In this document: positions 9,568 through 18,458 of the stretch, in pieces
How positions within the stretch are numbered: the stretch's first letter is position 1
How the letters are laid out: each line of letters starts with the position of its first letter
From: Acutalibacteraceae bacterium
GTDB taxonomy: Bacteria; Bacillota; Clostridia; Oscillospirales; Acutalibacteraceae
Reading direction: 5' to 3'
Length of the DNA: 64,000 nucleotides
NCBI GenBank assembly: GCA_045630265.1
Contig: JAZQSV010000041.1
Span: forward strand, 525 to 64,524
Translations under genes and position numbers: made by a program
Notes under the pieces: generated by a model
What the model saw: the letters and a program-made list of their open reading frames with translations, nothing else
Told to the model about the DNA's origin: nothing
Databases searched by the model: none

Positions 9568-9670
9568 TTGATAGAAAACTGATATATAATGTATTTGGAT
9601 ATTTTTTGCTATATTAAAAAAATATATATAAATAAGGCAAAACTTAAAATCTACAAAAGGCGGTGCAACT

Positions 9671-9856
9671 GTGAACGTTTTGGTTGGAGACATTTTAATA
9701 ATGAAAAAGCCACACCCCTGCGGAGATAAACGCTTCGAGGTTTTAAGGGTTGGAATGGATTTTAAAATTAAGTGTATGGGCTGTGGGCGCGAGGTTATGG
9801 CACCCAGAGCAAAAATAGAAAAGCGCATTAAAAGCGTAGAGAAAAAAGAGCCCTAG
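9671..9856 (+). CDS. DUF951 family small protein
   Basis: VGDILIMKKPHPCGDKRFEVLRVGMDFKIKCMGCGREVM matches the DUF951 signature with its CxxC pair. Confidence 0.75.
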   Translation: MNVLVGDILIMKKPHPCGDKRFEVLRVGMDFKIKCMGCGREVMAPRAKIEKRIKSVEKKEP

Positions 9857-9914
9857 CGGACTTTAAATTTCGTTATATTTTGTAAAAGTAGACTAAGAAT
9901 ATTTGGAGAAAAGT

Positions 9915-10988
9915 ATGTTAGATAAATTAAAAGCCGTTGAGCAAAGATATAGTGAAATTGGTGAAAAGCTTGTTATGCCTGAGGTTATTTCGGATAACGA
10001 GCAGTATAGAAAGCTTATGAAGGAGCACAGCGCACTTACCCCCCTTGTTGAAAAGTATAGGGAGTATAAAGAGGCGGTTTCCTCTTTTGATGAGGCAAAA
10101 ACACTTTTGGATGAGGGCGGACTTGATAAGGATTTCAAGGAACTTGTAGAGGAAGAGTATAAAACCGCAAAGGAAAATATAGAGGTATTTACCGAGGAGC
10201 TTAAAATTTTACTTCTCCCCCGCGACCCTAATGACGATAGAAACGTTATTATTGAAATCCGCGGTGGTGCAGGCGGTGAGGAGGCGGCGCTTTTTGCGGC
10301 CAATCTTATGAGAATGTATACAATGTATGCAGAATCTCGCCGCTGGAAGGTAGAGATTATGAATATAAACGAGACCGAAATCGGCGGAATTAAGGAAGTA
10401 AGCTTTATGATAGAGGGCGACGGCGCCTATTCAAGGTTTAAGTACGAAAGCGGCGTGCACAGGGTTCAGCGCGTCCCCGAAACCGAGACCTCGGGCAGAA
10501 TTCATACCTCTACCGTTACCGTTGCGGTGCTTCCAGAGGCTGAAGAGGTTGAGTTTGAAATTAACCCCGCCGATTTACAGATAGATACCTACCGAGCGGG
10601 CGGTGCAGGTGGTCAGCACGTTAACAAAACCGAATCTGCCATTCGTATTACCCATATTCCTACGGGTGTTGTGGTAGAGTGTCAGGATGAGCGAAGCCAG
10701 TACAAGAACAAGGATAAGGCAATGAAGGTGCTTCGAAGCCGACTTTATGAAGCCAAGATGCGTGAGCAGAACGAGGCAATTGCCTCTGACCGCCGTGCAC
10801 AGGTTGGAACGGGTGACAGAAGCGAGAGAATTCGTACCTATAACTATCCGCAGGGTAGGGTTACCGACCACCGTATAGGCCTTACACTTTATAGGTTAGA
10901 GCAAATCCTGAACGGTGATTTGGACGAGGTTATAGATTCGCTAATCACTTATTACAGAACTGAGATGTTAAAATCCAATCAGGAGTAA
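9915..10988 (+). CDS. prfA: peptide chain release factor 1
   Basis: GGQ motif ([25 protein letters not shown]) and an RF1-type PxT loop ([13 protein letters not shown]). The ATG at 9915 follows a GGAGA SD. Confidence 0.95.
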   Translation: MLDKLKAVEQRYSEIGEKLVMPEVISDNEQYRKLMKEHSALTPLVEKYREYKEAVSSFDEAKTLLDEGGLDKDFKELVEEEYKTAKENIEVFTEELKILLLPRDPNDDRNVIIEIRGGAGGEEAALFAANLMRMYTMYAESRRWKVEIMNINETEIGGIKEVSFMIEGDGAYSRFKYESGVHRVQRVPETETSGRIHTSTVTVAVLPEAEEVEFEINPADLQIDTYRAGGAGGQHVNKTESAIRITHIPTGVVVECQDERSQYKNKDKAMKVLRSRLYEAKMREQNEAIASDRRAQVGTGDRSERIRTYNYPQGRVTDHRIGLTLYRLEQILNGDLDEVIDSLITYYRTEMLKSNQE

Positions 10989-10997
10989 TAAAATTTT

Positions 10998-12029
10998 ATG
11001 AAAACCGAAATTTTAAGGGCAATGGATGACGGTAGCTTGGAAGCTATTGCCCGTGCGGGTGAAATATTAAAGTCGGGTGGTCTTGTTGCCATTCCTACCG
11101 AAACGGTGTACGGTCTTGCAGCAAATGCGCTGTCAAGCGAGGCGGTAAAAAGTATATACGTCGCCAAGGGCAGACCAAGCGATAACCCGCTTATAGTTCA
11201 TATTTCAAATATAGATGAGTTAGAAAAGCTAACCATAGAGGTAAGCGAGGACGCCAAAAGGTGTATGTCTGCCTTTTGGCCGGGACCTTTTACCGCGGTG
11301 CTTAAAAAGAGCAGTTTAGTGCCAAGCACGGTTTCGGGCGGGCTTGATACAGTAGCAGTAAGAATGCCAAGCCACAAGGTTGCAAGGGCAGTAATTAAAG
11401 CGGCGGGTGTGCCGCTTGCGGCCCCCTCTGCCAACCTTTCGGGGTCGCCAAGCCCTACAACAGCAAAACACTGTATAGACGACCTTTCGGGCAGGGTGGA
11501 TGCAATAGTAGTATCCTCGGATTGCGCCGTTGGTGTAGAATCTACCGTAGTAACCTTTGCTACCAACCCTCCCCGTCTTTTAAGGCCGGGCGGAATAACT
11601 GCAGAAGAAATAAGGAATATTGTACCCAATCTTGTAATTGATAAAGCAGTTGTAAGCGAGCCCGAAAAGGGGGAAAAAGTTGCCTCCCCGGGAATGAAAT
11701 ATAAGCACTATTCCCCAAAGGCGGATATTACCCTTGTAGAGGGTGAGAGCACCGCATTTGTGGATTTTTGCAATAATAATATAGATGGATTTGAACTTGC
11801 TTTATGCTTTTTAGAGGAGCAAAGGGATATAAATAAAATCGAAACGTTATCCTTTGGAGCGGAATCCGATTATAACACCCAGGCCGAGTGTCTTTTTGCA
11901 CTTTTACGGGAGCTTGATGAGCGCGGCGTAAAAAAGGTAGTAGCCCACGCCCCTAAAAAAGAGGGTGTAGGTCTTGCGGTTTATAACCGACTGATACGCG
12001 CTGCGGGCTTTAAGGTGGTGGTCTTATGA
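10998..12029 (+). CDS. tsaC: L-threonylcarbamoyladenylate synthase (Sua5/YwlC long form)
   Basis: VAIPTETVYGLAANA, KGRPSDNPLIVHI, and a C-terminal Sua5 domain. Confidence 0.9.
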   Translation: MKTEILRAMDDGSLEAIARAGEILKSGGLVAIPTETVYGLAANALSSEAVKSIYVAKGRPSDNPLIVHISNIDELEKLTIEVSEDAKRCMSAFWPGPFTAVLKKSSLVPSTVSGGLDTVAVRMPSHKVARAVIKAAGVPLAAPSANLSGSPSPTTAKHCIDDLSGRVDAIVVSSDCAVGVESTVVTFATNPPRLLRPGGITAEEIRNIVPNLVIDKAVVSEPEKGEKVASPGMKYKHYSPKADITLVEGESTAFVDFCNNNIDGFELALCFLEEQRDINKIETLSFGAESDYNTQAECLFALLRELDERGVKKVVAHAPKKEGVGLAVYNRLIRAAGFKVVVL

Positions 12030-12592
12030 GGATAATAGGACTAACGGGCCCGTCCGGCAGTGGCAAAACTGTTATCTCTGATTTTTTAAAGGAAAAAGGC
12101 TTTTTTGTTATTGACTGCGATAAGGTTGCAAGAGAAGTGGCGAAGAGTGAAGAGGTTTTAAATAAGCTTCAAAATGCTTTCGGTGATATTTTGGCAGATG
12201 GGGTGCTAGACAGAAAAAAGCTTGCTAAGCTTGCCTTTTCTACAAAGGAAAACACCAAAAAACTAAATGATATTATGCTGCCCAAAATAGTAAAAAACAT
12301 AGAGGAAATCATTGAAGCGCAAAGCGGAGATATACTTTTAGATGCCCCCACACTTTTTGAAAGCGGGCTGGACAAAAGATGTAAGGCAGTTATTGCCGTT
12401 TTAGCAGATGAGGAAATTCGCAAAGAGCGGCTTATAAAAAGGGATAATTTAACCACCGAACAGCTTTACAGCCGACTAAAAGCAGCAAAGCCGGATGAAT
12501 ATTATCAAGAAAGAACAAGTCATATTATTTATAACAATGGCGACGTTTCATCTGCTAAAAAAAATATAGTTAAAATACTTAAAGGAGTGTAA
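12026..12592 (+). CDS. coaE: dephospho-CoA kinase
   Basis: P-loop (IGLTGPSGSGKT) and a CoaE-length protein. The start overlaps the tsaC stop (ATGA). Confidence 0.9.
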   Translation: MRIIGLTGPSGSGKTVISDFLKEKGFFVIDCDKVAREVAKSEEVLNKLQNAFGDILADGVLDRKKLAKLAFSTKENTKKLNDIMLPKIVKNIEEIIEAQSGDILLDAPTLFESGLDKRCKAVIAVLADEEIRKERLIKRDNLTTEQLYSRLKAAKPDEYYQERTSHIIYNNGDVSSAKKNIVKILKGV

Positions 12593-12596
12593 TAAA

Positions 12597-14000
12597 ATGG
12601 CTGGTAATGAAACAGCAAAAACCTTAAAGGAAAAACTTTTTTATAAAAAGGAAAACGGTTTTTTAAAGGTAAGTGATACTGAAAAACAAAGCATTATGGA
12701 TTTTTCCGAGGGTTATAAATGGTATCTTGATAATTCCAAAATTGAGAGAGATGCCGTTAAAACTTCTGTAAACCTTGCAAAGGCAAACGGTTTCAAGGAG
12801 TATAAAAGAAATGAAAAATATAAGGCAGGCGACAGACTTTACGTTATAAACAAAAATAAATCCGCCATATTTTTCGTAATGGGTGAGGAACCCCTTAATA
12901 ACGGCATTACCATCAGCGCCGCACATATTGACTCCCCCCGTTTGGACCTTAAGCCCAACCCCCTTTATGAGGATACCGATTTAGCGCTTTTCAAAACCCA
13001 CTACTATGGCGGTGTTCGTAAATATCAGTGGACTGCAGTCCCCCTTGCTCTTCATGGTGTTTTTGCCAAAAAGGACGGAACGGTTATTGGGGTTAATATT
13101 GGCGAGGACGAAAATGACCCTGTTTTTGTAGTTAACGACCTTTTACCCCACCTTTCTGCCGAGCAGAATAAAAGAACCCTTTGGGAAGGTATTAAGGGCG
13201 AGGAACTTAACATTTTGGTTGGAAGTATGCCCTTTAAGGATGATAGTGAGAGTGAGCTTGTAAAACTCAACATTTTGAATATCCTTTATGAAAAGTACGG
13301 CGTTACCGAGGAAGATTTCCTTTCTGCAGAACTTGAGGCCGTACCCGCATACAAGGCAAAGGACGTTGGCTTTGACCGCTCGATGATTGGCTCTTATGCA
13401 CACGACGATAAGGTTTGCGCCTACCCCGCATTAATGGCTCTTTTCAGGCTTGAAACTCCAAAGAAAACCGCAATGTGTATTTTGGCCGACAAGGAAGAAA
13501 TCGGCTCGGACGGAAATACCGGCCTTAATTCTGATTTACTTGTTCATATTATAGATGACCTTTGCGCTGATAATGGACAAATCCCTTCCGTTACACTCAG
13601 AAACAGCTTTTGCCTTTCGGCCGACGTTAATGCAGCTGTCGACCCCACGTTTAAAGATGTATCCGAAAGCCGTAACTCAGCATATCTAAACTACGGTGCG
13701 GTAATTACCAAATATACAGGCGCCAGAGGTAAGGGCGAAACTAATGATGCTTCGGCAGAGTTTTTAGCTAAGGTACGCAAAATTTTAGACGATGCAGGTG
13801 TTATCTGGCAAACGGGCGAGCTCGGCAAGGTAGATGCAGGTGGCGGCGGAACTGTTGCTAAATATATTTCTGCCCATGGTGTAGAGGTTGTAGATCTTGG
13901 TGTTCCGGTACTTTCAATGCATGCCCCATTTGAAACGGTATCAAAGTTGGATGTTTATATGACATATAAGGCAATTTTAGCCTTCCATAAGAATGCGTAA
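12597..14000 (+). CDS. M18 family aminopeptidase
   Basis: ISAAHIDSPRLDLKPNP...FKTHYYGGVRKYQW and C-terminal DLGVPVLSMHAP. Confidence 0.85.
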   Translation: MAGNETAKTLKEKLFYKKENGFLKVSDTEKQSIMDFSEGYKWYLDNSKIERDAVKTSVNLAKANGFKEYKRNEKYKAGDRLYVINKNKSAIFFVMGEEPLNNGITISAAHIDSPRLDLKPNPLYEDTDLALFKTHYYGGVRKYQWTAVPLALHGVFAKKDGTVIGVNIGEDENDPVFVVNDLLPHLSAEQNKRTLWEGIKGEELNILVGSMPFKDDSESELVKLNILNILYEKYGVTEEDFLSAELEAVPAYKAKDVGFDRSMIGSYAHDDKVCAYPALMALFRLETPKKTAMCILADKEEIGSDGNTGLNSDLLVHIIDDLCADNGQIPSVTLRNSFCLSADVNAAVDPTFKDVSESRNSAYLNYGAVITKYTGARGKGETNDASAEFLAKVRKILDDAGVIWQTGELGKVDAGGGGTVAKYISAHGVEVVDLGVPVLSMHAPFETVSKLDVYMTYKAILAFHKNA

Positions 14001-14015
14001 AGGATAATCTTTCTT

Positions 14016-14912
14016 TTAAAAAAGTGAGGAAAGAGCAAGCGCCTCTCTTAGTGTTTTATATTCAGCTTCAAAATTTTTAATTTCATTTAAGTTTTCTTTT
14101 CCCGCCCGAATTAAAACAGCCGGGCGGGAAAATTCATTTGAAAACCAGTCGCAAATAATTGTGTCGCTCTCTAAAAATGGAGGAGAAACGCAGTATCCCG
14201 AAACGGCCGCAATAATTTCGGCCATTTTAACCCCAATACTTGCAGTTCCACCCAAGCCGCTGTAACTCACTCTTTGACCAAAACCGGAAAGGTGAACAAT
14301 GTGGTTTATATCATTTCTCTTTACAAAATTATAAAGGGAAAGGGTTTCAGCCTCACTTAAGGGGCAAGGACCACTGTAGCCGAAAGGTGCCGCAGACCTA
14401 ATGCCTTTCATTTTTTCACTTTGTCTTCTTTCTTCAAATTCAAATGGAAGATTGCGGCTAAGCTCTACGCCCCGCAAATTGCTTTGCCAGTTTTGTGTTT
14501 CGGCCTTAAATAGCTCGGAAGACGGGTCGTAGAACGGGGTGCCAAGAAGCTTGCCCTGCCTTTTAATTTCAAGCCCATCGGGGTTTAAAAGTGGAATAAT
14601 ACAAAGCGTTCTGCCAAAAAGAGCACTTCGCATATCAATGCCGCAAAGCGTTTTGCCCTTTTGCGTGCAATAGCATATATCTTCCAAAAATTTAAGTAAA
14701 ATAAGGGTAGAAAGGTAGTGAGTGGGATCATCCCCGCCAAGAAACAAAACCTTTTCCGCTGCACTTCCTATTTTAAGGACGGAAATTTCCCTGCCCGCTA
14801 CAGTTTTTCCAATGCTCTCACTTGTTAAAAAGGGATATTTTGCGCAAAGACGTCTTATAATTTTTTTAACTTCAAAATAACTGTAACCGGCGGGAATGAA
14901 TCTGCTTTCCAT
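14016..14912 (-). CDS. M14-fold protein with degenerate active site (probable pseudo-peptidase)
   Basis: Collinear with the catalytic domain of the 7526..8800 protein. However, HxxE becomes DDPTHY and the catalytic Glu (RPAYTVEAG) becomes Arg (RPAVLIRAG). Confidence 0.7.
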   Translation of the reverse strand: MESRFIPAGYSYFEVKKIIRRLCAKYPFLTSESIGKTVAGREISVLKIGSAAEKVLFLGGDDPTHYLSTLILLKFLEDICYCTQKGKTLCGIDMRSALFGRTLCIIPLLNPDGLEIKRQGKLLGTPFYDPSSELFKAETQNWQSNLRGVELSRNLPFEFEERRQSEKMKGIRSAAPFGYSGPCPLSEAETLSLYNFVKRNDINHIVHLSGFGQRVSYSGLGGTASIGVKMAEIIAAVSGYCVSPPFLESDTIICDWFSNEFSRPAVLIRAGKENLNEIKNFEAEYKTLREALALSSLF

Positions 14913-15022
14913 TTTATCACCCTTGTCTTTTTATTTATTACTTAATAGTATGCGGTAAAAACGGATTTTAAAATAGTTTTAAATTTTGGCTTATAGCTTT
15001 GGAGTATTTAAGGAGTGTTTTT

Positions 15023-15568
15023 ATGGATTTAACCGAGAAACAAGTAAAAAGTGAATATATTTATAAGGGTAAGATTATAAATTTAAGGGTGGACGATGCC
15101 CTGCTTCCCAATGGCAAGCCCGCAAAGCGTGAGGTTGTGGAGCATAGAGGTGGTGTAGCAGTGCTTCCCCTTACTGAAGATAAAGAAATTATAATGGTCG
15201 AACAGTTCCGCTACCCTTATGGGGAAGTTGTGCTTGAAATCCCTGCAGGGAAAATAGATGGCGGGGAGGAACCGATTGTATGTGGTAAAAGAGAATTAAA
15301 GGAAGAGGTCGGCGCTGCCGCTTTGGAGTTTGTAAATCTGGGTGAGCTTTACCCAAGCCCCGGCTACTGTGGAGAAGTAATATATATGTTTTTAGCAAAA
15401 GGGCTTACCTTTGGTAATACAAATCCTGATGAGGATGAGTTTTTAAGGGTAAAAAAAGTACCGCTTGAAAGGGCCGTGCAATTAGTGCTTTCGGGTGAAA
15501 TTAAGGATGCTAAAACCCAAAGCGCCGTTTTAAAGGTAAAACTAATGCTTGACAAAGGAACAATTTAG
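15023..15568 (+). CDS. NUDIX hydrolase, ADP-ribose pyrophosphatase-like
   Basis: Nudix box GKIDGGEEPIVCGKRELKEEVG. The ATG at 15023 lies 7 nt after AAGGAG. Confidence 0.8.
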   Translation: MDLTEKQVKSEYIYKGKIINLRVDDALLPNGKPAKREVVEHRGGVAVLPLTEDKEIIMVEQFRYPYGEVVLEIPAGKIDGGEEPIVCGKRELKEEVGAAALEFVNLGELYPSPGYCGEVIYMFLAKGLTFGNTNPDEDEFLRVKKVPLERAVQLVLSGEIKDAKTQSAVLKVKLMLDKGTI

Positions 15569-15577
15569 GATTATAAT
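15549..15577 (+). promoter_or_regulatory. exact consensus sigma-A promoter, TTGACA-17-TATAAT
   Basis: TTGACA at 15549-15554 and TATAAT at 15572-15577. It drives the TPP riboswitch-thiT unit. Confidence 0.7.
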
Positions 15578-15590
15578 ACGCTTGACAACA

Positions 15591-15678
15591 AAACAAGGGG
15601 TGCTAAGCTTAGCTTGGCTGAGAGGGCTTTTGCCTAACTCTGGAACCTGATTCGGGTAATGCCGACGTAGGGATGTTT
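15591..15678 (+). promoter_or_regulatory. TPP (THI-box) riboswitch aptamer
   Basis: GGGGUGC..GGCUGAGA..AACCUGAUUCGGGUAAUGCCGACGUAGGGA, closed by a P1 stem aaaca/tgttt. Confidence 0.9.
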
Positions 15679-15717
15679 ATTTGGTAGGTGCACATACCTT
15701 AAACGTTTAACTCTGTT

Positions 15718-15749
15718 CCTCCCCATTTTTTTGGGGAGGTGTTTTGTTT
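15718..15749 (+). terminator. riboswitch expression-platform terminator
   Basis: cctcccc/ggggagg stem followed by a T-rich tract, upstream of the thiT SD. Confidence 0.8.
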
Positions 15750-15778
15750 GTCAAAATATATTTGAAAGGAAAAGACAA

Positions 15779-16591
15779 ATGAAGAAAAATCTCACACACA
15801 AAATAACAGAAAGTGCAGTGCTTTTAGCCCTGGCTACAATACTAAGCGTTATTAAGCTTGTAGATATGCCTGTGGGGGGGAGCGTAACTTTATGCAGTAT
15901 GTTGCCCGTTTTGCTAATATCCTATAGATTTTCACCCGCCTTTGGGTTTTTAGGCGGCTTTGTTTATAGCGTTATTCAGCTCATTTTGGGCACCGAAAAT
16001 CTGTCCTACGCCACCTCGGCCTTAGCGACGGTAGCAATAATTTTATTCGACTATTTGCTTCCCTTTACCCTTATAGCGGTTGGTGGAATTTTCAAAAAAT
16101 TTATTAAGAATCAAGCGGCGGCCATTACCGTAGGTATGGCAACGGCATCTGTTATAAGGTATATCTGCCATACCATTTCGGGCTGTACCGTTTGGGCGGG
16201 ACTTTTGGTGCCCAGTAAAGAGGCACTTATATATTCTCTAAGCTATAATGCTACCTATATGCTACCCGAGCTTATTATAGGAGTTGTCGGTGCGTTCTAT
16301 CTCTCTCTTTCAGTAGATTTCTCGTCAGAGCGTTTAAGAAGACTTTCTACCTCAAAAAGCGGCGTAAAGGTTGGCGCACTTTCTGTTATAGGAAAGGTTT
16401 TAGCCGCAGTAACACTAATTTTGGACGTAGTACTTATTGCCCCCCACCTGCAAAACACTGAAAGCGGCGAGCTTTTTATGGCCGGCATTAAAAATATTAA
16501 CCTGACGGCGCTTCTTATTGTTACCGTTTTGGGTATATTTTTAACAGCGGCATGTAGTATAATTCCAAAAATTTTGACAAAAAAGGACTAA
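15779..16591 (+). CDS. thiT: ECF-transporter S component ThiT (thiamine) with a C-terminal extension
   Basis: KITESAVLLALATILSVIKLVDMPVGGSVTLCSMLPVLLISYRF, plus TPP riboswitch control. The ATG at 15779 follows a GAAAGGAAAAG SD. Confidence 0.8.
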   Translation: MKKNLTHKITESAVLLALATILSVIKLVDMPVGGSVTLCSMLPVLLISYRFSPAFGFLGGFVYSVIQLILGTENLSYATSALATVAIILFDYLLPFTLIAVGGIFKKFIKNQAAAITVGMATASVIRYICHTISGCTVWAGLLVPSKEALIYSLSYNATYMLPELIIGVVGAFYLSLSVDFSSERLRRLSTSKSGVKVGALSVIGKVLAAVTLILDVVLIAPHLQNTESGELFMAGIKNINLTALLIVTVLGIFLTAACSIIPKILTKKD

Positions 16592-16713
16592 AAAAGACTA
16601 AAATTTGCATCAAAAACCCTCCGAAACGCAAGTTATACTTGACTTTTTTGTGGAAAAATGTATAATTGAAATATAGATTTTCAAATTATATATTTTGAAA
16701 AGGAGGGTTTTCT

Positions 16714-17799
16714 TTGATAGGGTCTGTACTTTTTAAAGAGCGCGAACTTATTTTGCGCTTTAAAATGTCTGCTTCAGGTACTATCGAAAAGGCACCTTAC
16801 TCGCTTGGCGGCGCACTTTGTGATTTTACTGCTGTTAAGCCCACAATTTCTGAAAAGCTTTTTAAAATTTTAAATAAAAAGTTTGTGGCAGATACCTCTG
16901 CCCGTATTGATACACCTACTATTGGTGCATACGTTCCCTTCCTTCGCAAGGCGCTGGAAACAAACCCGTATCTATTTCTTTATTTGAAGTTCTATGCCGA
17001 GGCTCTTATCCTTTCCTGCGAAAGCAAGGCCGAGCTTATTCCTTTTTTAAAGGAGTTTTTGTCTAAAGAAGTGGCCGAACGGCATTTAGAGGGCATTATT
17101 GCTTTGGCCGACGCAGAGCAGACCGCTAACTGGCTTGGTGCAGTTATTTTAGAGGATTTTGAATATAGGCGTAACCGTCTGAAAGGTCAGCTTGACAGAA
17201 TTATATTTGGCACAACAGGCCTTGAGGATTTTACTCCAGAGCAAAGGTTTTTCATTTTAAAACAGGAAAGCGGTAGTGGTATTACAGGCAGCTTTACTGT
17301 TAACCTTTCTTCCGAGTATAACTTTGAAAGCTCCTCTAATCTTGGTACAATTAAGGCCGTTTTAAAGGGGAGCAATGAGGGTATAGCTGCGGAGTACGAA
17401 ATTAACACTCCCGACGACCTTGCCTCCATTGAACTTTTTATCACAATTTTGGCCGAGCTTCCTATGAAAAAGTGCCGCTGCTGTGGTGAATATTTTGTTC
17501 CGGTTGGCAGAAGCGACAGTGAGTATTGTAGCCGTAGCACCTTGGGTGACGAAAAGCGTTGCGACCAGATAGGCGCCATGAAAACCTTCAAGGGCAAATA
17601 CGCTGAAAATCCCATATATGCCGAGTATAATAAGGTGTATAAGCGTAACCATTCAAGACTTCGTAACGGCAAGATTTATGAGTCGGAGTTTAAAGAGTGG
17701 TCGGCCGCCGCAAGGCGTATGAGGGATGAGTTTATCAGTGAGAATCGCTCAGCTGAGGAGTTTGCCGAAAAGCTAAAAGAACTTGAAATTGCAGAATAA
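16714..17799 (+). CDS. hypothetical protein with C-terminal Cys cluster
   Basis: TTG start 7 nt after AGGAGGG. The C-terminal CRCCGEYFVPVGRSDSEYCSRSTLGDEKRCDQ suggests a zinc ribbon. Confidence 0.55.
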   Translation: MIGSVLFKERELILRFKMSASGTIEKAPYSLGGALCDFTAVKPTISEKLFKILNKKFVADTSARIDTPTIGAYVPFLRKALETNPYLFLYLKFYAEALILSCESKAELIPFLKEFLSKEVAERHLEGIIALADAEQTANWLGAVILEDFEYRRNRLKGQLDRIIFGTTGLEDFTPEQRFFILKQESGSGITGSFTVNLSSEYNFESSSNLGTIKAVLKGSNEGIAAEYEINTPDDLASIELFITILAELPMKKCRCCGEYFVPVGRSDSEYCSRSTLGDEKRCDQIGAMKTFKGKYAENPIYAEYNKVYKRNHSRLRNGKIYESEFKEWSAAARRMRDEFISENRSAEEFAEKLKELEIAE

Positions 17800-17959
17800 T
17801 TAAAAAAGATACAGAAAAATAAAAACACGCTTTACTTTTTACACTTTTTGTGTTATACTAACTCTGTTCCGTTTTCTGGGAGTAAGGGTTTAACCGCCAA
17901 GCGGTCATCACCTGCCTTACCCTCGGTTTACGGCAAAAATAAAAAATGAGGTGAAAGAA

Positions 17960-18223
17960 ATGACAAAAGAGCAAAAGAACGCAATTATTGCTGAGTACGC
18001 TACTCACGAGGGGGATACAGGTTCTCCTGAGGTACAAATCGCGCTTCTTACAACAAGGATTAATGAGCTTACCGCTCACCTTAAGGTTCACACTAAGGAC
18101 CACCACTCCCGCAGAGGTCTTTTAAAGATGGTAGGTCACAGACGTAACCTTTTGGCTTACCTTACTAAAAATGATATTGAAAGATATCGTTCTATCATTA
18201 AGCGTCTTAACATTCGTAAGTAG
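17960..18223 (+). CDS. rpsO: 30S ribosomal protein S15
   Basis: [55 protein letters not shown]. Confidence 0.95.
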   Translation: MTKEQKNAIIAEYATHEGDTGSPEVQIALLTTRINELTAHLKVHTKDHHSRRGLLKMVGHRRNLLAYLTKNDIERYRSIIKRLNIRK

Positions 18224-18230
18224 TTTGGTA

Positions 18231-18276
18231 AAGCGGGCAGGCCGATACTTTTTATCGGTTTGTCCGCTTATCTTTG
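18231..18276 (+). terminator. rpsO terminator/attenuator hairpin ahead of pnp
   Basis: aagcgggcaggccgata / tatcggtttgtccgctt stem, with G-U pairs on the plus RNA, followed by tatcttt. Confidence 0.6.
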
Positions 18277-18458
18277 TAAGACGGAAAAACCGTTGTTTTT
18301 GCGGTTTTTCGGCCAAAAAAATGGCAGTTTTTCAGATAAAAATCGGCTTTTAAAAGGGTATTAGCAGTGAATTGACAGCTTAAACCAAAACCTTTAAACT
18401 GTGAATTTATTGCTAAACCTTCAAAGCCGTTTTAATAAAAAATTTGGAGGAAAATATT

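Noticed and set aside
17871-17915. S15 autoregulatory leader upstream of rpsO
   Set aside because: A GTAAGG/CCTTAC helix enclosing an accgc-caa-gcggt hairpin is present. I cannot show that it corresponds to any of the known S15-binding leader architectures, so it remains only a possibility.
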